A stretch of DNA of 64,000 nucleotides from the NCBI GenBank assembly GCA_050506795.1, contig JBJHCF010000006.1, positions 89,442 to 153,441 of the forward strand, read 5' to 3'. Source of the stretch: Opitutia bacterium (GTDB lineage: Bacteria; Verrucomicrobiota; Verrucomicrobiia; Opitutales; T3Sed10-336). Numbering within the stretch: the first letter of the stretch is position 1; each line of letters opens with the position of its first letter. The position numbers and the translations under genes were made by a program. The notes below the pieces were generated by a model, which was not told the DNA's origin, ran no database searches, and saw nothing but the letters and a program-made list of their open reading frames with translations. Shown here piece after piece: positions 44,420 through 53,510 of the stretch.

Positions 44420-45654
44420 TGGAATCCTCTGAAAACCAACCGGACGACCAGGCGACGGTCGAACTCGACGACAACCCTCCCGTGAGACCTCCGCGGCCGA
44501 CCATCCGCCTTGTCGGGGTGGGCGGGGCCGGCGCCAACGCGGTGTCGCGTCTGCGGGATGAGGTCTCCACCGACATCGAGTGCAGCGCCATCAACTGCGA
44601 CGCCCAGGCGTTGTCGCGTTGTCCGCTGGAGCAAAAGCTTTTGATTGGAGAGCAGGTGGTCCGCGGACTCGGCGCCGGCGGCGACCCCGAGGTCGGGCAG
44701 CGCGTGGCGGAGGCCTCGATGTCCGACTTGGCCAAGTGGGTGACAGGCGCGGATGTGGTTGTCTTGGTGGCCGGCCTCGGCGGCGGCACGGGAGGCCCGG
44801 TGGCCAGTGCGACGGCCAAAGCGGCGACGGAGGCGGGGGCTTTGACGCTGGCTTTTCCCGTGCTCCCTTTTTCCTTCGAAGGCGTTCGGCGGAGAAAACA
44901 GGCGGATACTGCGCTGGCCGCGCTGCGGCAGCACTGCGATGCCGCCATTCCATTGCCAAACGACCTCCTCCTGCAACAGATGGGTGACGAAACCCCGGCC
45001 GCGGAGGTGCTCCGCCGCTCAGACGAATGGGTCGGTCTGGCGATTCAATCGCTGCGGGACGTGTTGTGTTCTCCGGGTGATATAAATCTCGATCTCGGTA
45101 ACCTGCGCCGCGTTTTCCGTCATCGCGGCGGCAAGACGCTGTTCGGTTTCGGTCGCGGCAACGGCGAGCGCGCTGCCGACAGCGCGTTCAGCGACTTCCT
45201 GCTTTGCCCGTTGCTGCATTCTCCGGAGTTCGCCAGCCGGGCGGAAAACCTGCTCATCAATGTCTCGGCGGGTCCCGATTTCGCCATGAGCGCGTTTCAT
45301 GACCTGGTGAAGCGGGTTACAGAACGCTTCGGTCGCGACGGCCACATCGCCATGGGACTGGCGATCGAAGAGCGACTCCAGGGAGAAGTGGAGATATTTG
45401 TGCTGGGAACCACCGACATTGGCCGTCCCGGCGCGGCCGCCCGCCGTCCCGCCGCCAAATCCGAACCGGCGCCCGTCCAAACCAAGCCATCCAAATCCTT
45501 GACCCCGGCTCCGGCCAAACCCAACCAGGAAGAATTCGGCTTCGACACCCAGGATCGCCGCGGCTTCTTCAACCGCTCCGAAACCAACCGCTTCGAAGGC
45601 GAAGACCTCGACATCCCCACCTACCTCCGCCGCGGCATCAAGATCTCGCTCTGA
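44416..45654 (+). CDS. ftsZ: Cell division protein FtsZ (divergent T7 loop)
   Basis: VGVGGAGANAV, GLGAGGDPEVG, GLGGGTGG, PFSFEG, C-terminal DLDIPTYLRR; T7 loop reads GDINLDLGN. Confidence 0.95.
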   Translation: MMESSENQPDDQATVELDDNPPVRPPRPTIRLVGVGGAGANAVSRLRDEVSTDIECSAINCDAQALSRCPLEQKLLIGEQVVRGLGAGGDPEVGQRVAEASMSDLAKWVTGADVVVLVAGLGGGTGGPVASATAKAATEAGALTLAFPVLPFSFEGVRRRKQADTALAALRQHCDAAIPLPNDLLLQQMGDETPAAEVLRRSDEWVGLAIQSLRDVLCSPGDINLDLGNLRRVFRHRGGKTLFGFGRGNGERAADSAFSDFLLCPLLHSPEFASRAENLLINVSAGPDFAMSAFHDLVKRVTERFGRDGHIAMGLAIEERLQGEVEIFVLGTTDIGRPGAAARRPAAKSEPAPVQTKPSKSLTPAPAKPNQEEFGFDTQDRRGFFNRSETNRFEGEDLDIPTYLRRGIKISL

Positions 45655-45776
45655 ATTTGCGATACTGCCGTCGATTCCGCGATACTGGAATGTGGAGACA
45701 CTTGGTGACTGAAATCGCAGCTGAGTGTGAAAGTTCCGGTCAGTTCTAATGCAGTCAGCTGAGTGGTGGTATAGAA

Positions 45777-46238
45777 ATGAAAAATGGCTCTGTCGAAAAT
45801 CGTAAAATGAAGAGAATTCTACGGTTGATCTTGTTATGCCTCTTATTTGCGTTTTTGTGGAATATTTCCGCCAGCCTTTACCTCCTTCGTGATGCTAGGA
45901 TGAATACGGCTGTGATTCTTCGCCTTCCCGAAGGGGAGCATCAATTCCGCTTTAGTATTCCTCCCGGAGGGTATTTCGCAGCGCTTGTATATCGTACTGA
46001 TTCTGGGGGGTTCGGGCGAATGTTTTCTTCAGAGATTGAGACTGCGGGTATTGACGTCGTTGTTTCCGTGTTTGATCCGGATACTGGAGAGGTCATGATT
46101 CAAGAAAACATTGAAAGCTTGCCACATTTGCACTTTTCCAGGCGAATGGCATATCGTGAACATGAAATGTCCGTTTTTGTTAAACTACCTGATTCACAAT
46201 TAGATTACGTTTATTTGAGGCTGTCTCCTGGGATTTGA
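45777..46238 (+). CDS. Low-GC hypothetical protein with an N-terminal TM anchor (paralog 1)
   Basis: Basic-hydrophobic N-terminus; shares motifs with the next ORF; visibly more AT-rich than the flanks. Confidence 0.7.
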   Translation: MKNGSVENRKMKRILRLILLCLLFAFLWNISASLYLLRDARMNTAVILRLPEGEHQFRFSIPPGGYFAALVYRTDSGGFGRMFSSEIETAGIDVVVSVFDPDTGEVMIQENIESLPHLHFSRRMAYREHEMSVFVKLPDSQLDYVYLRLSPGI

Positions 46239-46317
46239 TCGGGTCTGTTTTTGGCTGTTTTAGGGCTTTTCCGACAATAAAGGCTGTCGATTCTGTAGCA
46301 GAAAACGCAAGTTGTAA

Positions 46318-46746
46318 ATGAAGATAAAAAAGAATAGAAGACGTGGTGTGTTTTTCTTGATACTGGCCTTTTTGATCGGGACATTTGGTTGGTTCTATTG
46401 GCAACATAGGCTGGACAGAAATCGTACAACGATGTCGTTTCAGCTTAACGAAGGAGAGCATCAACTATATTTTTCACTTCCAAGGGGAAGCTATATTGCG
46501 GAATTTTCGAATAATCGAAATCTTGAGAGAACCAAGGGGCCTAACATTAAAGTCTCCGGTCTGAATGCAACGTTCTCAATACGAAACACCTACACCGAAG
46601 AATTTGTAATCGAAAATGTTGCGGATCACTCCGTAATTTTTCCAATTTCAAGGTCCGGGCGATACCGATACCATCGGTTTGACATTGACCTCAGTTTTCC
46701 TGATAGCGAACGCGAATATGTCTATCTGAATTTAAGAATGTTGTGA
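46318..46746 (+). CDS. Low-GC hypothetical protein with an N-terminal TM anchor (paralog 2)
   Basis: LNEGEHQLYFSLPRGSY and EYVYLNL parallel LPEGEHQFRFSIPPGGY and DYVYLRL in the previous ORF. Confidence 0.7.
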   Translation: MKIKKNRRRGVFFLILAFLIGTFGWFYWQHRLDRNRTTMSFQLNEGEHQLYFSLPRGSYIAEFSNNRNLERTKGPNIKVSGLNATFSIRNTYTEEFVIENVADHSVIFPISRSGRYRYHRFDIDLSFPDSEREYVYLNLRML

Positions 46747-46779
46747 GAATTGGGGCGACCAAAAGACGTCACGTCTTGA

Positions 46780-48381
46780 GGGGCTGTTGCCCAAATCGCA
46801 CATTTACCACAACCAAAGATTGAATACACTGCCCATTTTCCTATGCTTTGAAACATATGATGGGCGAACACCAAGAGCAAAAGGATCTGTTCAGCTATTA
46901 TGTCGATTTGGATGCGCGGGTCCGGAGAAACAATCCTCTGAGGAGCATTAAGGAAAGCATAAATTTCGACTGGGTGCGGGGCGAGGTCTCGAAGTTCTAC
47001 GGGTACAACGGCAATGTCTCGGTCGATCCGGTAATTATCGTAAAACTGCTTTTCCTGCTCTTCTATGACAATATTTCGAGTGAACGCGAATTAATGCGGA
47101 TTGTACCCGAGCGCCTCGATTATCTTTGGTTTCTCGGGCTGGGGATCGATGACGAAATCCCCGACCATAGCGTTCTATCGAAGGCTCGCAGGCGATGGGG
47201 AGGGGACGTTTTCGAGAAACTTTTCGTAAGCACGGTTCGGCAATGCGTGGAGGCGGGTTTGGTAGATGGGGATAAGATTCACGTCGATGGGAGTCTGGTT
47301 GATGCTGATGCTTCCAAAGATTCTGTGGTACGCGGACCGGAAGAGCTGATGGACAGGCTCCGGGAAGCCTACGGAGCCCAGGAGAGAAAGCTTGAGGGCA
47401 GCGCTGGTGATCCGAACTATAAATCGAAGAATCGGCGCCTGATGAGTACGACCGATCCTGATGCCCCCTGTGTACGGCATGGGAAAAAGGGAGGCACCGG
47501 TGACTCGAAGCCGCGCTACAAAAACCACCGGGCTGTGGATGACAAATGCGGAGTGATCACAGCAGTGGAGACGACAGCGGGAGATGTGGAGGAAAACAGT
47601 CGAAGCGAATCCCTGATCGAGCAGCATCGGCAAACGACAGGCAAGACTGTTAAGACACTCGTGGGAGATCGACAATACGGGACAGTTGAGAATTACAGGC
47701 GATTGCAGAAGCTTGGGATTTGCACGCATATGGGGCCGACTCAAAGCAGTCGCAACTCCCGATACGAAAGCATCTTCCCTACTGACAAGTTTACTTACGA
47801 CCCCGACAACGATTGTTATATTTGCCCGGCAGGAAAGCACTTGCGTTCCCGTGGCTTGCATGAGCGCCGACAGTACACGATCTATAAAGCAAAGAAGTCC
47901 GATTGTGCCGGTTGTCCTCTTCGGGCTCAATGCACCCGCTCAAAGAGCGGCCGTACGATCAACCGCTATGTCGATCAGGAACTGATTGATCTGGGAAGAA
48001 AACAAGCGGCAAGCAGGGCCGGACGCCTGGACCGTCGACGAAGGAGGTACCTGGGTGAAGGAAGCTTTGCCGATGCCACGCGACATCACTTCAAACGAGC
48101 ACGTTGGCGACGACTCAAGCGCCATCGGATTCAAGACCTGCTGATTGCATCGATCCAGAATATGAAGATTCTTGTCAGAAGTCGCAGCAATGGCCCGATT
48201 GCTGCCGAGGGACGGATTTTCCTCGAATCTTTGCCTGTAAAAGGGGTCTTGTTGCAACGCCAGACATACTATCCGCTAAATATTCCTGGAGGAACTAATC
48301 GCGCTGATTATTCGCAACCTGGAATCCAGAAGGATTTCCCCTTGCCTCATCGTCATTCCAGACCGTTTCGGCAACAGCCCC
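46780..48381 (+). mobile_element. Complete IS1182-family insertion sequence (1602 bp)
   Basis: Terminal inverted repeats GGGGCTGTTGCC(C/G)AAA and a 4-bp flanking direct repeat TTGA at 46776-46779 and 48382-48385. Confidence 0.92.
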
Positions 48382-48392
48382 TTGACCTTTGA
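46857..48392 (+). CDS. IS1182-family DDE transposase
   Basis: SVDPVIIVKLLFL..SERELM..WFLG..IPDHS, HVDGSLVDADAS, STTDPDA, YICPAGK, CAGCPLRAQC, EGSFAD; the stop codon lies outside the right IR. Confidence 0.93.
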   Translation: MMGEHQEQKDLFSYYVDLDARVRRNNPLRSIKESINFDWVRGEVSKFYGYNGNVSVDPVIIVKLLFLLFYDNISSERELMRIVPERLDYLWFLGLGIDDEIPDHSVLSKARRRWGGDVFEKLFVSTVRQCVEAGLVDGDKIHVDGSLVDADASKDSVVRGPEELMDRLREAYGAQERKLEGSAGDPNYKSKNRRLMSTTDPDAPCVRHGKKGGTGDSKPRYKNHRAVDDKCGVITAVETTAGDVEENSRSESLIEQHRQTTGKTVKTLVGDRQYGTVENYRRLQKLGICTHMGPTQSSRNSRYESIFPTDKFTYDPDNDCYICPAGKHLRSRGLHERRQYTIYKAKKSDCAGCPLRAQCTRSKSGRTINRYVDQELIDLGRKQAASRAGRLDRRRRRYLGEGSFADATRHHFKRARWRRLKRHRIQDLLIASIQNMKILVRSRSNGPIAAEGRIFLESLPVKGVLLQRQTYYPLNIPGGTNRADYSQPGIQKDFPLPHRHSRPFRQQPLDL

Positions 48393-48439
48393 CAAAAAAC
48401 CTGAGGATGGCTGAATCCAAACCTTTTTTGTCAAGAGTC
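48384..48439. repeat. 56-bp inverted repeat (hairpin or miniature IS-end remnant) at the IS target site
   Basis: GACCTTTGACAAAAAA ... TTTTTTGTCAAGAGTC, 14/16 complementary. Confidence 0.7.
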
Positions 48440-48506
48440 GAAACCTGACGTCTTTCCATTCCCCCCCGATCTTGACTTCAAGCGCCCCCGTTCGGAGGAT
48501 GGTGCG

Positions 48507-49076
48507 ATGAATACACCTCTTGTTATGACCCTTATCGGCGAGGATAAGCCGGGGCTGGTCGATTCGATTTCGGAAGTGGTCGTCAGGCACGGAGGAAACT
48601 GGCTGGAAAGCCGTATGGCGCATTTGGGTGGCCATTTCGCGGGCATCGTCCGGCTGGACGTGCCTGAGGAGAACCGTGAGGCTTTGCTGCGCGCCGTGGA
48701 GGGGCTGGCGGATCTCGGCTTGACGGTGACCGCGCGCTCCGATCAGGGAGGCAAGGCGGAGGTTCCCATTCGTCCGGCCACCATGGAGGTGGTGGGGCTG
48801 GATCGTCCGGGCATCGTGCGCCACCTGTCGCACGCCCTGGCCGTGCAGGGGGTCAATGTCGAGGAGTTGACCACCGAGTGCTACAGCGCGCCCATGAGCG
48901 GAGAATTGCTTTTTCGAGCCCGCGCCCTGTTGCGTATCCCCGAATCGGTTCAGTTGCGGGAACTGCGGGCCGAACTGGAAAACCTCGCCCACGAGTTGAT
49001 GGTCGACCTGTCGTTGGAGGAACCGGCGGGTCAGGCCGATTCCGGAACCGCGGCTAGCGGTACAGGGCAGGGGTAA
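48507..49076 (+). CDS. GcvR-like double ACT-domain protein
   Basis: IGEDKPGLV..GGNWLESRMAHLGGHFAG and VGLDRPGIV..VNVEEL..MSGELLF. Confidence 0.88.
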   Translation: MNTPLVMTLIGEDKPGLVDSISEVVVRHGGNWLESRMAHLGGHFAGIVRLDVPEENREALLRAVEGLADLGLTVTARSDQGGKAEVPIRPATMEVVGLDRPGIVRHLSHALAVQGVNVEELTTECYSAPMSGELLFRARALLRIPESVQLRELRAELENLAHELMVDLSLEEPAGQADSGTAASGTGQG

Positions 49077-49545
49077 GCATCCATTTGACCACCCAGCGGG
49101 AAAAGGCGCCGAGGGAAGGGTCGATCCGGATTTGATGCTCCAGGCAGATGAGGGATGCTTTTTTGACCTCGAACGCCCCCGCTTCGCTGTCGCCGCAAAT
49201 CAACAGGGATGCCAATTGGCCCAGGTGCGGTTCGTGACCGACCAGCAGGTGATCCTCGGCGCCTTCCTGTACGAATTTGGCGGCGCGGTCCGGGGTGTCG
49301 TACGGGGTAATCCCGGACATTTTTCGGCAATGGTGTTCCCCGGGAAGGTTTTCCGCCAGAATCTCCGCGCTCTGACGAGCTCGCAGCAGACTGCTGTGAT
49401 AAAAGGTCACGGGGAGTTTCCGGTGGTGCCGGGTCAGGTGTTTTGCCAGCAAGCGGATGGTCTCCTCGCCTTCCGGACTGAGTGGCCGTTCCTTGTCGCT
49501 GGGCCCGGTCAGGGCGTCGGCGTGTCTGAGAAGAAAGAGTTTCAC
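49054..49545 (-). CDS. sixA: Phosphohistidine phosphatase SixA
   Basis: LFLLRHA, RPLSPEG, SSLLRARQSA, LVGHEP; the GTG start overlaps the upstream stop. Confidence 0.9.
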   Translation of the reverse strand: MKLFLLRHADALTGPSDKERPLSPEGEETIRLLAKHLTRHHRKLPVTFYHSSLLRARQSAEILAENLPGEHHCRKMSGITPYDTPDRAAKFVQEGAEDHLLVGHEPHLGQLASLLICGDSEAGAFEVKKASLICLEHQIRIDPSLGAFSRWVVKWMLTPALYR

Positions 49546-50378
49546 GTGGCGACCGATTCCGGGATCGGGATGGAGTAGCGCTTCCGTCCCTCGAAGTAGT
49601 GCAATTCGGCGAAGCCTTTTTCCGCCAGCAGGGGCAGCACCTCGGTGAACTTCTGCCCGACGGATTCCGGGCGGTGGGCATCGGATCCGATGGTCAATCG
49701 CACGCCGGCTTCGGCCGCCCAATCCAGGATGAGCGGATCCGGATGCACCTGGTAAACGCCTTTGGTCAGGCCGCTGGTGTTGACCTCCAGGCAGATGTCC
49801 CGATCGGCCACCGTTTGGAGGAACTCGCGTATGACCGGTTCGTGTTCCGCGGGTTCGAAGTGTTGCACCGTGCCGTAAATGCGAATCACGTCCGGATGGG
49901 CCAGGCTGTCGTAGCGGCCCGAGCGGGCGCCTTCCGCCAGGTGGCGAAAATACGTGTCGATGACTTCCCGGTCTTCGAGAACGCCGTTCTCCTGCAACCA
50001 CTGCCGATAGAGGGGCAAGGGATGGTGCAGCGAGCCAAGGATGAAGTCGAACGGGTGGCCGTTCAGGATTTCGTCCATCCGCTGCATCATCTCCCGGTCG
50101 GGAGCGATTTCCGCTTCGATGCCGGTCAGGACCCGCACTCCGAGTTCGTCACCCAGCCCGGCGGCCTCGGACACCATTTCCAGGTAACGGGGGAGATCGT
50201 TTTCGGCCATCCGTATGCCGGAACCTCCGAGGCGATCGTCGTCGAGGGGCACATGGCAGGTGAAGGTGATCAGGCTGATGCCGTTGTCGGCTGCGTTCCG
50301 CACGTACTCGGCGGGCTCGCCCACGGCGTGTCCGCACAGGGGAGTGTGCATGTGGCAATCGATCATTTTAATGGTCAT
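49542..50378 (-). CDS. PHP-family histidinol-phosphatase (HisJ/HisK type)
   Basis: DCHMHTPLCGHA, GIEAE, GSLHH, LAHPD, EVNTSG, GSDAH. Confidence 0.88.
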   Translation of the reverse strand: MTIKMIDCHMHTPLCGHAVGEPAEYVRNAADNGISLITFTCHVPLDDDRLGGSGIRMAENDLPRYLEMVSEAAGLGDELGVRVLTGIEAEIAPDREMMQRMDEILNGHPFDFILGSLHHPLPLYRQWLQENGVLEDREVIDTYFRHLAEGARSGRYDSLAHPDVIRIYGTVQHFEPAEHEPVIREFLQTVADRDICLEVNTSGLTKGVYQVHPDPLILDWAAEAGVRLTIGSDAHRPESVGQKFTEVLPLLAEKGFAELHYFEGRKRYSIPIPESVAT

Positions 50379-50496
50379 GAAAAAGGTCTCCAACTTATTC
50401 CGGTACGCGCTCAGATGGAATCCAGATAAGCATGTTTTGGCGGAATATCCAAACCGGGAAAAACAGACGGTGTGCGGTTCGCCGGAGGCGGGCGGT

Positions 50497-51132
50497 TCAG
50501 GGCGCCAGGCGCTCTCGAACCCAGGCCGCCTCGCGCCGGGTGTAGCGCAGCCGGTCGTGCAGGCGGCTGGGACGCCCCTGCCAGAACTCGATGGTCGCGG
50601 GGGTCAGCCGGTAGCCTCCCCAGAAATCGGGCAAAGGAACTTCCCCGCCGGCGAAGCGTTCTTCGATGGCCCGCAATCGTTGTTCCAATACCGCACGGCT
50701 CGCAATTGACGTGCTTTGTTCGGAAACCCAGGCCCCCAACCGGCTGCCCAGGGGACGGCTCTGGAAATAGGCCTCGCTTTCCCTGCGGCTGAGCTTCTCC
50801 ACCGTTCCCTCGACCCGAACCTGCCGCTCCAGTTCTTTCCAGAAAAAGACCAGGGCCGCCCGCGGGTTTTCGTCGAGTTCGCGCCCCTTGCGGCTCCCGT
50901 AATTGGTAAAGAAGGTGAAACCGTCGGGGGAATAGTCCTTGAGTAACACAATGCGGGCTGATGGAGCCCCCTCCCGGCCGGCGGTGGCCAGGGTCATGGC
51001 GTTGGGTTCGGAGATTCCGGCCTCCAGGACGTCCTGAAACCAGCGGTCGAACTGGCGGATCGGATCGGTGGCGGCGGTTTCCTCGGTCAGGCCGGCCCGG
51101 CGGTATTCCTGTCGTAAATCAGCAGTGGACAT
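50497..51132 (-). CDS. pdxH: Pyridoxamine 5'-phosphate oxidase
   Basis: [49 protein letters not shown]. Confidence 0.97.
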   Translation of the reverse strand: MSTADLRQEYRRAGLTEETAATDPIRQFDRWFQDVLEAGISEPNAMTLATAGREGAPSARIVLLKDYSPDGFTFFTNYGSRKGRELDENPRAALVFFWKELERQVRVEGTVEKLSRRESEAYFQSRPLGSRLGAWVSEQSTSIASRAVLEQRLRAIEERFAGGEVPLPDFWGGYRLTPATIEFWQGRPSRLHDRLRYTRREAAWVRERLAP

Positions 51133-51159
51133 TCTATTTCAGATAGAGCGAAAAGCGGG

Positions 51160-51231
51160 TGCACCCATCGGGAGTCGAACCCAAATCTTCAACTCCGGAG
51201 GCCGATGTTCTTTCCATTGAACTATGGGTGC
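51160..51231 (-). tRNA. tRNA-Arg (CCG), CCA not encoded
   Basis: GCACCCA-TAGTTCAATGGAAAGAAC-ATCGGC-CTCCGGA-GTTGA-AGAT-TTGGGTTCGACTCCCGA-TGGGTGC-A folds into a cloverleaf with anticodon CCG. Confidence 0.94.
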
Positions 51232-51273
51232 CCAAAGGGAGAAAATGAACCATTAACCCCCGGATCCGCAACT

Positions 51274-51771
51274 TCAATCGCAGATCGCGGCCACCCGCCG
51301 CTCCAAGTCCCGCAGATTGTTGCGGATCGGCATCTTCGAATCGAGCACGTGAACGCGCAGGACGTTCCGGTCCAGGCGCACCGAAGCGGTGCCCGGGAGC
51401 AGGCTGACGATCCAGGCCAGAAGGATCGCCTGCCGCGCACTGCCCTGAAGCCGGTGAGTCACAATTTCGGGGTGCAGGGGCATGGCGGGATGAAAAGCGC
51501 GTTGGGCCACGTCGATTCCGCCCTGCACGGAACGCAGAAGGAAAAAGGGGATGAACCCAATCAGGCCCAGGGGTCGCCAGGCCCCCGTCCCGGGCGGTAG
51601 AAGTTTCAAACTCACCGCCAGGGCGATTCCAAGGCAAACGACCGCGACCCAGGGGTCTTCCAGACGTCCCTCCGCCAGAACCCACCACAAAACGGCGAAG
51701 CCGGCAGCCCTGACCGCAATGGACAGTGCGGTGGTGCCGAGACGTTTCGCGTTTTCTCCGGATTTGTTCAT
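51274..51771 (-). CDS. mrpE: Na+/H+ antiporter subunit E
   Basis: LWWVL.., GGIDVAQRAFHP, SLLPGT, LRVHVLD. Confidence 0.88.
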   Translation of the reverse strand: MNKSGENAKRLGTTALSIAVRAAGFAVLWWVLAEGRLEDPWVAVVCLGIALAVSLKLLPPGTGAWRPLGLIGFIPFFLLRSVQGGIDVAQRAFHPAMPLHPEIVTHRLQGSARQAILLAWIVSLLPGTASVRLDRNVLRVHVLDSKMPIRNNLRDLERRVAAICD

Positions 51772-51785
51772 GGCTGTGGATTGGG

Positions 51786-53510
51786 CTAAACGGTGAGAAG
51801 TATCAGAGCCAGCACAACTAAAATAAACCCGGTTCCCACCACGCGCCAGCGGCCAAGCCGGGTTTCGGTTCGGTCGACCAGGGCGCGGGCTTCCTCCAGG
51901 GCCAGCACGCGATCGGAGAGGGCGACCAGATCGATTGCGCCGCGCGTTGGGTGGGGCAGGCCGGTGCGCTGCACGGTGTCGAGGGCGTTTTGCCACAGTC
52001 GTTCGATCGGAACAATCAGGTCGCCGGGAGGGACGGCCGGCCACCGTTTCTCTCCCAGGCGCCACCGCCTGCCGGCCGCCAGCAACCCGGCCGCCAGCAA
52101 CAGCGGAAGGAGGGATTCCAGCAGGAATCCCGCGGACAGGCCCGGAGGGTCCATGTGGGGACCGTAGTATCCATTGGCCCAGTACGGGAGGATCAGCATT
52201 GCCCCGAGCAGCGCGACCCAGGGAATCGCCAGACCGGCGCCGCTCCCGTGAGAGGTGTCGGGTTTCGATTTCCAGCATAACCAGAGGAAGCGTCCGAGCA
52301 GCAACGAGGTCATCAGCGCCGATACCGGCAAGAGCCAGGGCAATGCGGCGGCGGTCCAACCCGCCGTGTCCCCGGCGGCCCCCTTCAAGGCGTATTTGGC
52401 CAGGGCTCCGCCGGTGAAGGGCGCTCCCGCGATGGCGGCGGCGGCCAGGGCGAGGCCGGCCATGACCGGGACTCGTTGGCGGCGGGTGGCGACCACCACT
52501 CCGGTGCCGAGGAAGAGCGTCCCTTTGGCCAGACCGTGATGCAGGGCGAACAGTGCGAGCCCGGCTGACAGGGTTTCGCGCTCCCAGCCGGTGGCCAACC
52601 CGAGACCGAAAAGCGAGGTTATCAATCCCATCTGACTGATGCTGGAGTAGGCCAGAGTGGTTTTGGGATCGGTTTGGCAGAATCCAACAACCGCCGCTCC
52701 CAGCGCCGCCACCAGCCCCAGCGCCGTCAGCGCCTCCGACCACCCCGGAAGGGGCACCGAACCGGCGGGGGAGAAGTGGATCCAGCCCAACATCCCGGCC
52801 TTGATCATGATCCCGCTCAGCACGGCGCTGGCCGGCGTGGGCGCCACCGGGTGGGCCAGCGGCAGCCAGAAGTACAAGGGTATCGCCCCGGCTTTGACCC
52901 CGAAACCGATCAGCGCAAGGAGGAAGATAAACGAACCGTTCCCGGCGGAAGCCACCGCCGGCCCCAGATCCTCAAGACGCAAACTGTTCGCCGCTTGCAC
53001 GGCTTCGTAGAGCGCGAAGATGAGGAACAACTCTCCCATGATCGCCATGACCAGATAAATCTTCCCCGCCCGGCGGGCCGCTTCACTGCCGCTTTGGATG
53101 ACCAGCGGGTAGGCGGCGAAGGTCATGATGACAAAAAAAGTGTAGAAGGTGGCCGCATCCTCCGCCGCGATCAGGCCGAAGGTGCCGGTCATGGAGAGCA
53201 GGAAAAAGAACTGGAATCGCGTCGGATGCCGGTCGCCGCTCAGGTAGGCTCCGGAAAACGCTCCCGCCGCGCCCCAAAGCAGCGCCGCCAGCAAAAGGAG
53301 CATGGCCCGCGCCGAATCCAGTCCGAAGTCCGCGCCCAGCAGCAGCCAGGCCTGGTGACTTTGTCCATGGGGCAGGAGGCCCGCGGCCGCCAGGAGTGCC
53401 GGCAGAGCGGCTGCGGAAAGGAGCGCTCCCCGGCCGAAAGGCGAGCGGGATGTCGTCCACACGAAGGGGGAAAGGAGTAAGGGAGCGAATATGACGAGTA
53501 TCCAGATCAT
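51786..53510 (-). CDS. Mrp/complex-I antiporter-like subunit (MrpA/D type), third copy
   Basis: GFGVKAG..WLPLAHPVAPTPASAVLSG..KAG, LAYSSISQMG, HHGLAKGTLF. Confidence 0.88.
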   Translation of the reverse strand: MIWILVIFAPLLLSPFVWTTSRSPFGRGALLSAAALPALLAAAGLLPHGQSHQAWLLLGADFGLDSARAMLLLLAALLWGAAGAFSGAYLSGDRHPTRFQFFFLLSMTGTFGLIAAEDAATFYTFFVIMTFAAYPLVIQSGSEAARRAGKIYLVMAIMGELFLIFALYEAVQAANSLRLEDLGPAVASAGNGSFIFLLALIGFGVKAGAIPLYFWLPLAHPVAPTPASAVLSGIMIKAGMLGWIHFSPAGSVPLPGWSEALTALGLVAALGAAVVGFCQTDPKTTLAYSSISQMGLITSLFGLGLATGWERETLSAGLALFALHHGLAKGTLFLGTGVVVATRRQRVPVMAGLALAAAAIAGAPFTGGALAKYALKGAAGDTAGWTAAALPWLLPVSALMTSLLLGRFLWLCWKSKPDTSHGSGAGLAIPWVALLGAMLILPYWANGYYGPHMDPPGLSAGFLLESLLPLLLAAGLLAAGRRWRLGEKRWPAVPPGDLIVPIERLWQNALDTVQRTGLPHPTRGAIDLVALSDRVLALEEARALVDRTETRLGRWRVVGTGFILVVLALILLTV

